Positions 50,931 through 64,000 of a DNA stretch of 64,000 nucleotides are shown in pieces. The DNA comes from Nymphaea colorata (lineage: Eukaryota): contig NC_045138.2 of NCBI RefSeq assembly GCF_008831285.2, positions 23,002,001 to 23,066,000 on the forward strand. The letters are read 5' to 3'. The notes under the pieces were generated by a model. It saw only the letters and a program-made list of their open reading frames with translations. It ran no database searches and was not told the origin of the DNA. Position numbers and translations under genes: made by a program. Position 1 is the first letter of the stretch. Every line of letters begins with the position of its first letter.

Positions 50931-51314
50931 AGGTTTGCATATTTGTAAGCACACAATTGTCCTGAGCATGAATCTTAAAGTTACTTGTAATAAATTTTAT
51001 CATGTTGCAATAACTTGATTCTGGAGATGATAATTTAAAGAAAATGTGCAACTTAGATCAATGTAGCCTTCATTATAATAAATAAGAAGGAAACAAATTA
51101 AATTGTTTGATCTCTAATGGATCATCATGGAAAGTAGTGATGAGATCGTTGAAATTTTTGATCAACTTCTCAAGGCTTTGAAAGGTAGATGAGGCAAATG
51201 TGCTATGGGCTACATTTATCAAGCTACATATACAACAGCGAAGGCAGTAAATTCTTTTGAGTAAAATAAATGTGAACAAGTATGCAAATATATTAACAAA
51301 AATAAATGCAAGAT

Positions 51315-51503
51315 GGAAAAATATACTGCAGTCAGCATTACTTGAATATGGTCCTTTAGCAAATCCTTCTACATTCTTTAAGGATCACTTTCAAGTAAAT
51401 TCAAAATGGTTATATGGAAAAATATACTGCAGTCAGTGTTACTTGAATCTGGTCCTTCAGCAAATCCTTCTACATTCTTTAAGGATAAATTTCAAGTAAA
51501 TTC
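51315..51503. repeat. ~100-bp tandem duplication
   Basis: GGAAAAATATACTGCAGTCAG..TTACTTGAAT.TGGTCCTT.AGCAAATCCTTCTACATTCTTTAAGGAT...TTTCAAGTAAATTCA occurs twice. Confidence 0.9.
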
Positions 51504-52916
51504 AGAACGGCTAAAAATTAGAAGAGATTTCATGAAAACATGCTTAGTTGATGCACAAAAAATTTGTTAAAGAACTTTGAAGGCATAAAAAAAAAGAAGT
51601 AGATTGTTTGCTTCCAAGCTAGATATCATTGCAACGACAACCAATAGCCTAGGTTTTACGTATCTTCTTCACTACATTTTGACTCATATTTTCCCAATAA
51701 TATTTCTTACTTTTTTTTCTATAGATTTCACTGGTTTTTTTTTTTACTAATTTTTCCGGTCAATAATAGTCACTTAATGAACATAAGTTCAAAAAAATAC
51801 ACATGGTTGCTGTAAGAGTACCAAGCAGGCCTTATAGCTCTTCTAGATGTAAAAGAAAATGGAGTACTTTTAAGGCATTCCAAATACAAAAAACTGCAGA
51901 AGATCATTTATGACAAACTTAATAAGTAATCCTTATCAATTACAGTAATATTCTTAAACAAGCTAGATATTTCAAGAGGGATGCTCCTGATAATGCTGTC
52001 GGTGTTAAGTAAGAAAGTGGGTCAGTTGATGATTGACTTATAATACCAGCACGACTACAAACAAAATTAAATTCTACGTGGTCTAATTCATTCACATCTG
52101 AACCACAAGGCATATTTGAACAGTACCCATTTGTAAAAAAAATTATTTGTTTACATTGTTATAATTTGCTTTATTTATGGACATTGTGGAAAACTCTCTC
52201 TCTATACTTTTAATGTGTCAATTGATACCATTTTATCATGATGTTTTTGTAAGCCAATTTGCAGAGGTGCTCAAATGATAGTGAATTGTGGGCTTTTGTT
52301 AGGGGTGAGGAGGATGATTTTGACCACTATTATTTGTGCTTTGGGGAAGAATTGGACAACATGTGAATATTAACACAGTGTTTCATGAATATACCCCATT
52401 TTTCTCTCATCAACCGCCCAACCGTCAGCTTACAAATTAAGCCCCTAAAGTGTGTTTGGAGCGGACATGACTAAGATACCCACAAAAGCAAAAAAAAAAA
52501 AAAAAAAAATCCTTGCAAGGATGAAACCAATAACTGAATTTTTTTCTTTTTGAGAAAATGCCAAAATGCCCTCCCCTCACATGGTCTCCATGGGCATAGC
52601 ATAAATAACCAGTAAAAGCTGATGCAGTGGAAGAGAGAACCCCTCTCCTAATTCATGATGAATGCCTAAGCTAAACTAAGGTAAATAGTAAGGAAAGAAA
52701 AAAATGAATGAAAATAACTGTAAAAGGGCAAACACAAAGAAAATCGGCGGCGGGGCAGGTTTCTGCTTTGATGGCTGTTGTCCACTCTCGTTGGAAAATC
52801 AAAAATTTGGTGCCGTTTTCCGGTGCCAATCCATCGTCTTCGTCCCTTGATCCTCCAAGGTGAGCTCCCCATCCTCCGTACCCCTTCCGGCTGACCATCG
52901 ATCATGGCGATCGGCC

Positions 52917-53269
52917 CTATGACCAGTTGTTCGTCATCACTTGAATCTGCCCCTTTTCCTCAACCAAGGGTTCTTTGACGAACTTCTTCCACATGACGGC
53001 AGCGGCAGTTTCGGTCGCCACAGAGTCGTACGACAACCGGCGTCCAGTTACGATGGCTCTGGTCTTAGACGGCTCCAGTTGGCTCCTGAATATCTCCTTC
53101 ATCTTTGCACAGCTGCCGGCCCGTGGAGTTGATTCCGGTGCCAATTGGATGACGTGCTTTTCGGATTTTGACCTTTCTGTAGATTTTTGTTGATTTACAA
53201 CTACTTCGCTTTGATAGAATCCAATCTTTTTCACGGAGTCAATTTCATCGGTAGTTGATACCATCCGTC
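52917..53269 (-). other. Exon-like ORF (115 aa) of unknown function, preceded by a canonical acceptor
   Basis: GC-elevated open frame; polypyrimidine tract and TTTATTAG acceptor at 53271-53270; no recognisable domain. Confidence 0.3.
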
Positions 53270-56200
53270 CTAATAAATGGAAACACGAAACAATTAGAAG
53301 AATCTTCTTTCAAAGAGATTGTCATTGTATGCAATAGTAATTGATAATGGATACTTCAAAATTCTATGAGTTACCTAGGACATCGCTTCTCCTTTGTTTT
53401 TTGTTCTACAACTTGAGTTTCAGTCCCTGGCAAAAAAATCATTCATACGCTGCACAGCATCTTCATGCCGTCCCTCAGGACGCTTTTTCCGTTTATGCTC
53501 TATTGCAATCAATATGGAAAAGACGAACTTATTCTGATATCAAGTTGACGCAATAGAAAAAGAATATAACTCATTTAATCCATGATCAATGCGTAAATTA
53601 TAGAAATAATTGTAAAAGGAAAAACAGAAAGAAAAAGTAGGTTGTCATTAAATTGAAGGCTACTTACAAATGAGTTCTAAACACTTGTATAGAAACTAAA
53701 AACGAATCTATGGGTTTGTTTCCAACAAAAGAAAACAATAAATAAAATCCAAAACATAAAAAGTAGATCTTGATGCAACCCTCCTATGACCGCGTCAGTT
53801 TGATTTCTGTGAACATATACTGTCCCCATGACCCTGCCCAAGCTTGATGAATTCTTGGACCCTCCCTCTCCCTTGGAACACTTTATTATAGATATAACTA
53901 CTTTGAACATTTGAATTTTCTCCCAGAAGAGTTTTGGCAAAACCGGAGACGTATGCAGAAAATGACCCCACGAAGGACTTCATCAACGGAACTGTTATCA
54001 AGACGAAGATCTTTGGACTCCTTATTTCGTGCAAGGATGCAGACAAGACCTCCGTCATGGGTTTGAATCCGGAGGAAGGAACGGGAACGAAAATGGACGG
54101 AGTAGTTAAGAAAAATGGGCAAAGCTTTTGCTTTTGTGACGTGGGTGCAAAACGCAACCAGTGAGACACCGCGTTCGTCTCCCTCCCGTCTTTGTTAACC
54201 GGAGATTTGAATGCGCAGAATACAGCCATGTACATCTCAACAATGCTTTCCACGAGGGCCAGGAAATGACGTCTCCTGCATTGCGACCAGGATGAAATAA
54301 AGAAAAGCATCTTTCTGCATCGTGTCCCAATCAGGAGAAAGTCTGTCCATTTACCACCAGAGAGGGAGAGAAGTTGTTGCAGTGCCTGCGATGACGGTAG
54401 ATGAAAAGATCAGATGCCCACGTCGATCACTCCCAAACAGAATTGATCGATGTTCAAGATTGGTCTCCTCCCACTTCCTAAAAGGAAGGGAAGAAATTTG
54501 TTTCACTGTTAACCAGAAGAAAGGAAAATGTCTCTTTACCGCTTGATGACATCTTTGAATTGCGCCGGAAAGGTTGATTGTATCTAGGAGTAGGACGCCC
54601 CACATGCGCGGCTTCTTCTTTCTTTAGGCAGATCTATGCATCTTCAGTCATGTTTGTTGTCCTTACCGCTTACCTCCATTGGATGGATAAACGTATTAAT
54701 ATGTGACGAGTCAGCTTTCTCGACAGTTAGAAAGCTGTGTCTGCGTTCCTCTCAGCACGTGGTTTGTTACATTTTCTGAAAGGAAGGCCCGTGAGCGCAC
54801 TATTGGCCAAAAGAAGATAAGGTGAGGTAGAATTGGTCGCCACAGTGTGAAACAGTGAAGGTGGTGAGCATGAGTTCATGTCTGGAGTTCGACCAGGGCA
54901 AGCATGGAATGCCTTCTATACGATGATCATATAATTGGCTTGAACCACGTGCAGACACTAAGTTTGGTGTGTCATGGAAGAGCCGGATTGATACGGTGGA
55001 TGTGCATCTAGCTAAATGGCTAGGTAATTAGAGAAAGACTTCATCTACTGTCATACATCGTCTTCCATGCTACGGAACTGAATTTCTATGGGAAGTATGT
55101 TTGCATAAAACGTTTGCCTGACTTGGGATTGGCCAGCCGATGGGATGAACCAATGAACACGACAGAACCCATTAAGCTGCTTGTTTGTCATTTCAAGTTC
55201 AGATGATAATTGATTCACTCAAGTAATTCCACTCAACAGTTTGTTTGTTTCTTCATCAGTGAATATAAATTCTTTTCCGTCGCTTACGCACATGGACGAA
55301 GAACTGGAAGCACACTGCCAGGGATTGCTGTCTTTGTTGCTGAAGTATGGCAGGTCGCTGAAGAAAGAATTTTGAGCCAAACGTTGATAGTTACAGGTGA
55401 CAACACGGACCCAGATTGGGAATTAGCGCCCCCATTCTAACAGTTGAGTGGACACAAGGGCAATGCGGTTCAATATTGCATTAAGCTAAAATATGTATGT
55501 ATTTTCTTTCTTTTGTTGAATAAAGGTAGGGGGCCTAACCCACAGCAGCCGTTTTCAGAACATCTGCATGTGATTTGTGTGGCTACGAGCTGCGTAGGCA
55601 GCAAACTTCGATGCTAGAGAACATGCAGAAAGAACACATTAATCTGGACGGCTTGATATGTCGATCAGCAAGAATCGTTGTATGAACAGTTTGGTGTAAC
55701 ACACCTAGCAGACAACGTACTCATGCATACAGAAATGAAGAAATGTATTTTGGTACAACGCTCTTGCAGACATACAAACATAATGGAAAGTATGCATGCT
55801 AAGATATACATATTGTCCAGCTTTCATATGCAAGCATTGGGACATCTGCAGATAATATTGGATCCTGAAAAGATTTAGTGTGGCCCCATCCATACACATG
55901 CATATGCACAAAAATGCACACACATTCATGTACATGAAGCTGCTAATGGGTTAAGAGTACACAGAAATCTGGCAAAGAGATGGCCACGCCAGCATACCAT
56001 GCTAGGTATCTGTTAGCAGTCTAGACATGAAAAGCAGCGTGTTCTTGAAAAGAGACTGATTCTAGAATCCGATTTTCTTCGCAGCACACTAAAAAGTACC
56101 GCAGGCGCATAAAAGTTTGCCAAATGCATCAAAATCAACAAACATATGAGAGCTGTGAACGTGCTTCAACACCAACTTAGTTTAATGAGTTGCAATAATG

Positions 56201-56469
56201 TTGGTTTGAATGACATGGTTTTGACCATGGAACCTGATACTTCTTTTATGGGGTGCAATTATAGCTGACAATTACATGTATTTGTTTCATGAAAAGGCGC
56301 CCAGGAATGGGGCAGCAAATATAAGCAAAACTCCTTCAGGAGTTAGCTGTTTTTCCTGGCCAAACCTCTACCTCCCATGAGTTAATAAGGGAATAAAAAA
56401 TCTAGATATGTGATTGTATTTGCAGACAGACAAAGGCCGTCCATGGGAGACATACAATGGCCGATGACT

Positions 56470-59267
56470 TTAGATATCAACCGCATCCACTGGAAGAGAC
56501 TGCCTCCGATATAAGTTATCTGGTAACATGATATCAGAGTAGCAATTCTTTGCTGTGAAAGCCTTTTCTGGAAATTCCAAATGTTCCCGGACGGTTTCTT
56601 TTCTGTGCATGGTAGCCAGTAATGAATCTGAAGCTGTTCGGGAGCCAAAGTGATGCTGATTTATTTTCCTCACTTCCCCTTGATTCTTTGCTTCAAGCCC
56701 TCTTAATTCTTGCATGCTTGATTCCTCAGGAAAGTCCTCTGGCGAGGAACAACAACTAGGAGGACAGAAGTAGTCCGAAGTGCAATGATTGCTCACATCC
56801 AAGCAGTCGTTTTCCACAGGATTTCCTGAACAAAAGTCGGCATGAGGATCTCTTCGATCCAATTTGCTGCATCCTTCTTCTTTGGAGAACACCTCTCTTG
56901 ATTTAACAGATTTTAGTGATGCCACAATATCCGAACCTTCATGTTGAGCCCAAATGTCTGTAAACTGCAGACCATCAGATTGGCCGGAAAAGATAGGAGC
57001 GCCCTCTGTAATGGAGTGCTCTGATCCCTCAACCTGGTAGGTGACCTCTTCAAATCTACCATGCATGGAGGCACACTCAAGCCGGGAGCTGTGAAATGTT
57101 TGTGAAGGCTTGCGGGCATGGTGTCCTTTTCGAGGATGGTCATGTGGCAAGCAACTTGATGGATCCTTTGGTACACTGTTATTGTGACTATGAAATTCGG
57201 AATCATGAGCTTCTTCAATTCCAGACCCTGGTTTCCAGTCAACCACCAAGGATCCTATCTCCCCATCGATCATTTCTGCAATTTTTGTAACATCTTGATC
57301 CCCTAAATCAAGTTCGGTGACCATTTCCACTGCAACACTTAGGGCAGTGTCATTCTCAACATCAAACGGGAAATAAATATTCCGAACACTTCCTGCATGC
57401 AATAACAGAAAATGAGTGTTACTCTGAAATCAAAAGGACCAAGTAACAACAAAGATGACACTAATCCGAATCTCTCTCTGACCTTCTGCATCCGCAATTC
57501 GAAGTCTCAGAAAAATGCCTTCATCTCTCTTTTTTCCCTCGATTGAAATGCCCAAATTTGCGGAACTTTGGTCATTGTCATCATCATAAGCTAAAAGAGC
57601 ATCACAACCGTATCCTAGCTCGTCAAGTTCATAGCCCCATCCATGCTCCATGTGATTAGGGATCTCAGACTGCTTACAGGTTGGATCAGATGGCAGAAGA
57701 GATAGACGGCAAAGAGGAATTTCTGCTATTGGTTCTCTGTACTCTATAACCCTCGAATCTGCTCCAGAATCATCTAACTGAAGAAATGGATCATTTAGAA
57801 GCTCTCTAGCAGGAAGCCTTTGTGAAGCTGTCGCTAAGCATTTCTCCACGAATTCCCTCACTTCAGTGTCAGTAATTCTGTATAAAGATGCTGGTTTTTT
57901 CCCCTTTTTTAATAAAAATCCAGACAAAAGAATGAGTACATAGACCATAAAGAAAAGGAAAAGCTACAATCATATAAAGGCGAGGAGAAGAAGAAATCTT
58001 ACGGAGGTGACTTTTTTGTAGATCTGAGCAGGATGAGTGCATTCACTATATGGATACTCAAAAGTTACCATTTCCAAGATGCACATTCCAAAGGAGTATA
58101 TGTCTACCAGTTCATTATATGCTTCCGCATAAACTTCTGGCGCCATGAATTCTGGGGTGCCTGTATCAAACCACAATACGAAATCAGGGGAACATGAGGA
58201 AGGAGGAAAAGGCAACAAGAATTTATGAATCATTTAACTCTAACAATACAAGTTCCATTCGGTAGATGTTACAAAGCACTTCGGCATTTCCGTATTTGGC
58301 ATCACATAAGAAGGAAGATCGAAGAAGCAAGAGGAGCAAGGAGGCGTTGCAGGGACTCAAATAAAGAAAATGTGTAATCTTCTTACCAACACAATGAGCA
58401 GCGTGGGATTTCTTCAATATGGCTGCCAACCCCAAATCTCCAATTTTAACTACACCTTGGTTGCCATTAATAAATATGTTGTCGCATTTGAGGTCTCTGT
58501 GGATGACAGGAGGATCGAGACTGTGAAGATAAAGCAGTCCCTTCAGGATCTGTCTGCACCAATTCTTTACTGCTCTAATGCTAACCCGCTTGTGCTTTTG
58601 CCTATACCTGTATCAGCAACGGCAGCAAAGGCGATGGGATAAACAAGGTGAGCTCACAAACGGAGAGAGATAGAGAGAGAACAGAGAGAGAAAGAGTTGT
58701 ACTTACTGTCTAAGAGTACCAGAGGTGAACATTTCCGTTACGAAATTGATGTTCCTATTTTCGATATCAACCCAAGAAGCATAGAACTTCATAATGTTCT
58801 TGTGCTTGAGGGTCTTCAAGAGATGGATCTCACAGTACAATCTCTCCAGGTCCTCGGAACTCTGCAAGAAATCGTAGAGTTTCACCTGATTCCACGCAAC
58901 TTCAATTCCTTCAAGCTCATCAAAAGCTCTATACCTGCATCGCGGCAAAATGGAAGAAACCCAGAAAGGAACAAAAAGAAAAATCAGTGTTTCAGAAAAC
59001 CAACAGCTCAAAGTTACTAACTGAAATTTGAGAAAAGAGAGGGCAAAAGAAAAGAGATTCATACACGATCTTGGAGGACCCTTTTCCCAAAATCTCATTG
59101 TACTGCAACAAACCACCAAATCAAAGATCAGAAACACTAAATCTAAACCAATAACAAGAGAGAAAATAAACTTTTCATAGATAAAAGAACATTACCCTGC
59201 CATATCTACCAGTAGGATCAAATTCCACAAACTCTGACCCACAATCAAAACCCTCAGGATGTACCAT
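56470..59267 (-). CDS. WNK: With-no-lysine (WNK) Ser/Thr kinase, WNK1/2/9-like; 7 exons, 686 aa
   Basis: Exons 59267-59196, 59102-59065, 58934-58707, 58607-58387, 58160-58003, 57903-57483 and 57392-56470 (2061 nt, GT-AG, phase-consistent). Motifs [77 protein letters not shown] and C-terminal SLPVDAVDI. In-frame stop just upstream of the ATG. Confidence 0.96.
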
Positions 59268-60631
59268 CCTGCCTCTCCTTTAGGATTTCCAAGGAAAGAT
59301 CAAAATTTATTGCAGAGAGTCTGTCTCTGATGGAGAAAAAGAAAAAAAAACTACGGTACCAACAAGAACAGCCACATCTATGGTTGAAGGAAATGGCACG
59401 GCTGCAATGGAGTAGTCATGGCAGGACAAAGGAACTACAGAGAACTGTAAAGAAAGCCAAATGAGTATATATGGTCTACAAAATATATTATTACATATAT
59501 CTGTGGTGACAGATAACAACAAATAAGGACAAGTGAAGGACAAGGTTGGTTCAAAGGTTGGTTCTCTTAGACATTGGTGATAAAAAGTAAAAACGCAACG
59601 CTTCCCTTGCTGTCCATGAAACTGCCTCACCTATACACCATGAAAAAAATCACAGAGAAACTTTAGTGAAAATACTGAGATCAGCAGAAAGCTCTTTTTT
59701 TTTTTTTTTTTTTGGCTTCATAAAAGAGGGGTTGGAGCTTCAATTCAGTTGACTGCCAATGTAAGGCGAGCGATGGCAGAGGCGGCCAGTGATTTATCAA
59801 AAGGCAGGCAAAATTTTGGTGGTTCAATGATTCCAAAATTTATTTGTTTGACAGATGCCACAAGGTAGATTTTTATGGAACCACTTATTTTTTATTGATA
59901 ATGGAAATATTATCAGCTCTTCCACGCTCAGTATCTCTATTTACAAAAGCGCGCTCATGCTTACCTAAAATTCGCACTTTCTTCCTACCTGCGGATTCAG
60001 CATGAGCGATCAGGTCTTAAAAGGGTTCCTCATCCTAGAAGAAGATAACATACTAAATGCACGCTTCTCTTGTAGTAGCCGGTGACCATGTCTGCGATAG
60101 GTCAGAGCTACCCTTTTCCATCCCATTTCAGCCTCCGAGAGGAAGAGAGGGACCCGATCGCAGCTTCTGGAAAAGGAAGTTAACGAAAAACAATTCTACT
60201 TAAGCAAATATACTTTATTATTTTAAAATAACAGATAAATATGTTACATTTGCTAAATGATAGAATATTTAAAAATCTTTGTTAAATGCACCATACAACA
60301 GGTGCACTAGCAACAGTTTACAGTAATTGTTTATGATGTTTTGACAGCGATTTATGGCACAGTTAGTGGCTGTTTTTAAATATTTAATCATTCGGTGACA
60401 CATGGCAGTGATGATTTTAGTATATATATATATACCCTCATACACCCAAGATGAATGACATAAAAAAAAATTAAGAAGGAAAAAGAAATAAAATATTTTA
60501 GTCATCCTAAATTTAGCAGTTTTGAACAACATTTTCTCATTGGTTTTCTCTCTTACTTTCATCTTAGAATAATCTACGGGCAAAATGATTAATTATGGGT
60601 CATGTATTTAAGGGTCACGTACCTACTAATT

Positions 60632-60681
<50 letters not shown>

Positions 60682-61278
60682 TCTCTTTTTTTTTTTCTCA
60701 TATCATTTTTTCATTACTGTCAACCCTTTGTGTTGTAAAGAAAGAGACACCCGTATGCAAATATTGGACGGTAAAATACCTACCTCAAGTTACCACAAAA
60801 CAAAACAGTCCTAAACCTTGAATGGATGAGAGCAGGGAGAGGCTTCAACTTTCACTCAGTGGGTAAAATTAGCCTCTCACTCACGAGAGAAATATTATCT
60901 TTTCACAAATAACAGTGGATCCTAACAAAAGAAAAGAAAGACCCCAAAAAGCCACTCTAAATTGGGAGTGCTTTAAATCTAAAGAATATGCTCTTGGTGA
61001 AAACCTAGTACCAAAATCAGAATTGATTTTATAGAAGTTCAAAAGCCAACTTCTTTACCTTTTTTTGTGTCATATAACCAAATTTAATTTGTATGTTGGA
61101 CACGGACTTTTTAGTTGAGATGTAAAAGATTCTGATCTTGCATTGGGAAAACATGACAACCTGCCAACCATTTTTTTAATCTGTCACCCCTCTCTGAATT
61201 GAACGCACATTTAGTCAAAAAAGAAGCTCTATTAGTTATTATAGGAAAAAGAACCAAAGAAGAAATTAATTCTATTGA

Positions 61279-61326
<48 letters not shown>

Positions 61327-62132
61327 TATTATATAAACATATATATTTATATTTATATAAGAAAAGACGTTCTCAACTTGCTTTGGTAATAGTTAACAGA
61401 TTTAAATTGACTTTCAAAGAAAGAATATTTTACAGGCATTCAGCTAGTGAACAAATGACATTTGGAAGACTGAATATTGTTCCCAAGTTTTGACATGATA
61501 TGTATTATATGCATCTTAAACTATACATAATGGGTAATTAGTTGCTAAATCTTTCCTGAAAAGGTTTAAATTGGCATGGAAAAATGAGAAAGGAAGTAAA
61601 GTGACAAAATGTAGGAGCTGGTCTGAAAAGAAACAACTAAAAGCTTGGAGAAACATTAAAAAAAAAAAAGGAGAGCAGAGTTTCTCACCATTTAGAAGAA
61701 AGTCGAAGCTTCCACCCAACCCCTTATCCCACAAGAGTGCAAGAACTGTTTTCGATGTCTCACGATATCATCCCCGCCTTGTTTCAACTTACATGTCAGT
61801 GACCCCCTTTTACAACACAAATGGTTGATGCCACAGGAAATCGAAACAGGAACCAGCCACCCATTGGCCCTCACCCCAATCGTTGCGCCGACTCCCTTCA
61901 GGATAAATTCAAATTGGGAAAAGTGAGAACAGTCAATAAGAAAGATCTATCATGCATGGGATAAAGCAATTTCCAAAATAGAATAAAATGCAGGAGGATG
62001 GTTTCAAACGAGACATGGTCCATGCCCAATATCATTTCCAGGTAAAGAGAAAGTTTTACTGACGTTGAATGTAGCCAAAGTCAATGAATAGACACTCAAT
62101 ATGAATTAACCTTCGAGTGGATCAGCGGACCC

Positions 62133-62313
62133 AGTGGTGGAGCCACATGTAGGCTGGTGTGGGCAACTGCCCACACCATCCCATCAAAATTTTTCTATTT
62201 TTACATTGGTGTTTTTAAAAATTTGCTGTTATTTATATATATATGGATGCCACTTGAGATATGAGAATTTCTCAATTGGTGCCCCTCCAGCCAAATTTTC
62301 TTGCTCCGCCGTC
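62133..62313. mobile_element. hAT-type MITE (CAGTGGCGGAGCC-like family)
   Basis: CAGTGGTGGAGCCAC...GGGCAACTGCCCACACC...TTCTTGCTCCGCCGTC. Confidence 0.7.
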
Positions 62314-62863
62314 AAGTGCACCATCCATATGAAACGTGTTACAATCTCAAAGGATTATATATAAAAGAAGGGGTAAATGCCCCTTAACTTTCCAAGACTT
62401 GATATGAACATGTATAAATTAATGTAATTTTTTTTTTACTAACAATCTATATTTTGTGTAATGTCCAAAATTTCCAAAATTTTTTATTGCTCTTGTGGTA
62501 CATCTCAGCGCCAAAAGTGCTCCCCTCCCCCCTTCACTTTTTCAAAATTGCCCTTGTGAGGATTTTCAACATGAGTTTCCAAAGCCTTCCTCCAAAGGAA
62601 GGAGATACAGACACAAAATCAAGCATGTAATTTTTAGGCACTTTCCTAGTGATTGAGCATGAAAGGCATTGCCCAGAGTACTCAAAGTGACATACATATA
62701 CATTTAGGGATCCTAAAATATGAGCATTGTGTGCATGACTATAGGCTTAGAATAACTTAACTTAAACAAGTAAGTAAATAACAACTACTTTCTAAGTGTC
62801 AACATTCCAATTAACAATTCAATTTAATAATAATAGAATTTCATGCATATTGAGTTCCAGGAT

Positions 62864-63042
62864 CAATGTCAGAGCCACGTTGTGGCTGGCGTTGGCAATT
62901 GCCCACATTAGCTCACAGAATTTTTTTTTTATTTGTATATAGATACTTTATTAGTTTTCAATGTTGTACATATGACTGTCCCTTAGAATTTGAAACTTAA
63001 ACTAACAGTTTCTCTTAACTAAAAATTCTGACTTTGCCACTG
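62864..63042. mobile_element. hAT-type MITE (same family), decayed
   Basis: CAATGTCAGAGCCAC...GACTTTGCCACTG; flanks TCCAGGAT / TCTAGGAC (6/8). Confidence 0.7.
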
Positions 63043-63098
63043 TCTAGGACTTGTAAAATTGGATATGAAAAGCTCTGAGTCAGCTCGTGGTAATTATT

Positions 63099-63307
63099 GG
63101 GGGCGTTTGATCGTTTGAAATTTTGATTCAAGAATGAAAAGTCCAGAGCCACAATTTCTCCTCAAACTGGAATGGAATCAAAATTCCAAGTTTCAGTTTT
63201 CTAATTCCAGAAACAAAATACCCAGTTTGTTTAATAATTCAAATTTCTTAAAAGATTAGCATTTTGATTTTTAAAATTCCATAATTCTGGGTATATCAAA
63301 CACTCCC
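63099..63307. mobile_element. Tourist-like MITE
   Basis: TIR GGGGGCGTTTGAT / ATCAAACACTCCC; TSD not clean. Confidence 0.6.
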
Positions 63308-64000
63308 TAGAGAAGAGACGTTGTATAGTGAGAAAAAGAAGCACAAGTTGGCAAGCTAATCCAGGAATAAAATTTGGTATTAAAAGACCTAAAGTGGGGC
63401 AGTTCACAACTTTCTATTGAGCTTTCCTGTATAATGTCTACCTGCCAACCTTTATAATTAAAAAAAAAAAGTTATAAATGTTATGTCCCCCATCCCCCAG
63501 TTTCTGAAAATTAAAGTTTGTACCGGAAACATTTAAAAAAAAATGTTAAGTTGGCCCATGTAAAAATATAGTACTGTCCTTTCTAAAGAAAAAAAAACAA
63601 TTGGACAATTGGACAATCTTATATTGGGATAGGATCCTTACAACTGCACTGATAGGGGGATCCAAGAAAAATGGACCCAATAGAATAGCAACTAAAGAGA
63701 CAATTGGACAATCTTAGATCCATCTGAATCAACAAGAAGTATGGGCAAGGGAAGGGTGTTTTATATGTCAAGCATAATGCCTCTGTGGGCTCGATTTGTC
63801 TGTTCATGGCCACTGACTTGGTGCCTCTCTTATCAAGGTGGGGCTTCCCCCTTTTTTTAAGATGAAGAAAACACTCCATTGCCTCAATTTTCCTTCCCAA
63901 TAGTGTGATCAACCTATTTTTTCAATTGAATTTTGTGTTTTTCTTAGTCTTTCATGAACCTTTTTTTATCTTTTCTTTGACTTTGATGTAGAGATTTATA

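Noticed and set aside
53795..54605. 171-aa and neighbouring ORFs as genes
   Set aside because: Many have non-ATG starts, several of similar size overlap on both strands, and I found no recognisable motifs or consistent exon chain.

Overview
Plant (angiosperm) nuclear DNA: AT-rich intergenic sequence with (TA)n/(GA)n microsatellites, GT-AG introns and many transposon relics. Three intact protein-coding genes could be built by hand: an intronless GC-rich DUF868 gene (19566-20573, -), a 6-exon plastid DUF1517/FLAP1-like gene (33230-39753, +, 387 aa) and a 7-exon WNK kinase (56470-59267, -, 686 aa). The first 10.6 kb is a mosaic of locally duplicated modules of two apparent ages. Comparing the two older copies reveals a decayed minus-strand ORF of about 300 codons that I do not recognise, with a miR159-like 21-mer just downstream. 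The rest holds three Ty1/Copia remnants, hAT transposase fragments, hAT-type MITEs (8-bp TSD), PIF/Harbinger-type elements (TAA/TTA TSD, one 1.9 kb with gene-like cargo), (TA)n-embedded MITEs, short tandem duplications and some hairpins. I found no clearly novel system; the findings are testable leads. Family assignments come from motif recognition, not database searches.
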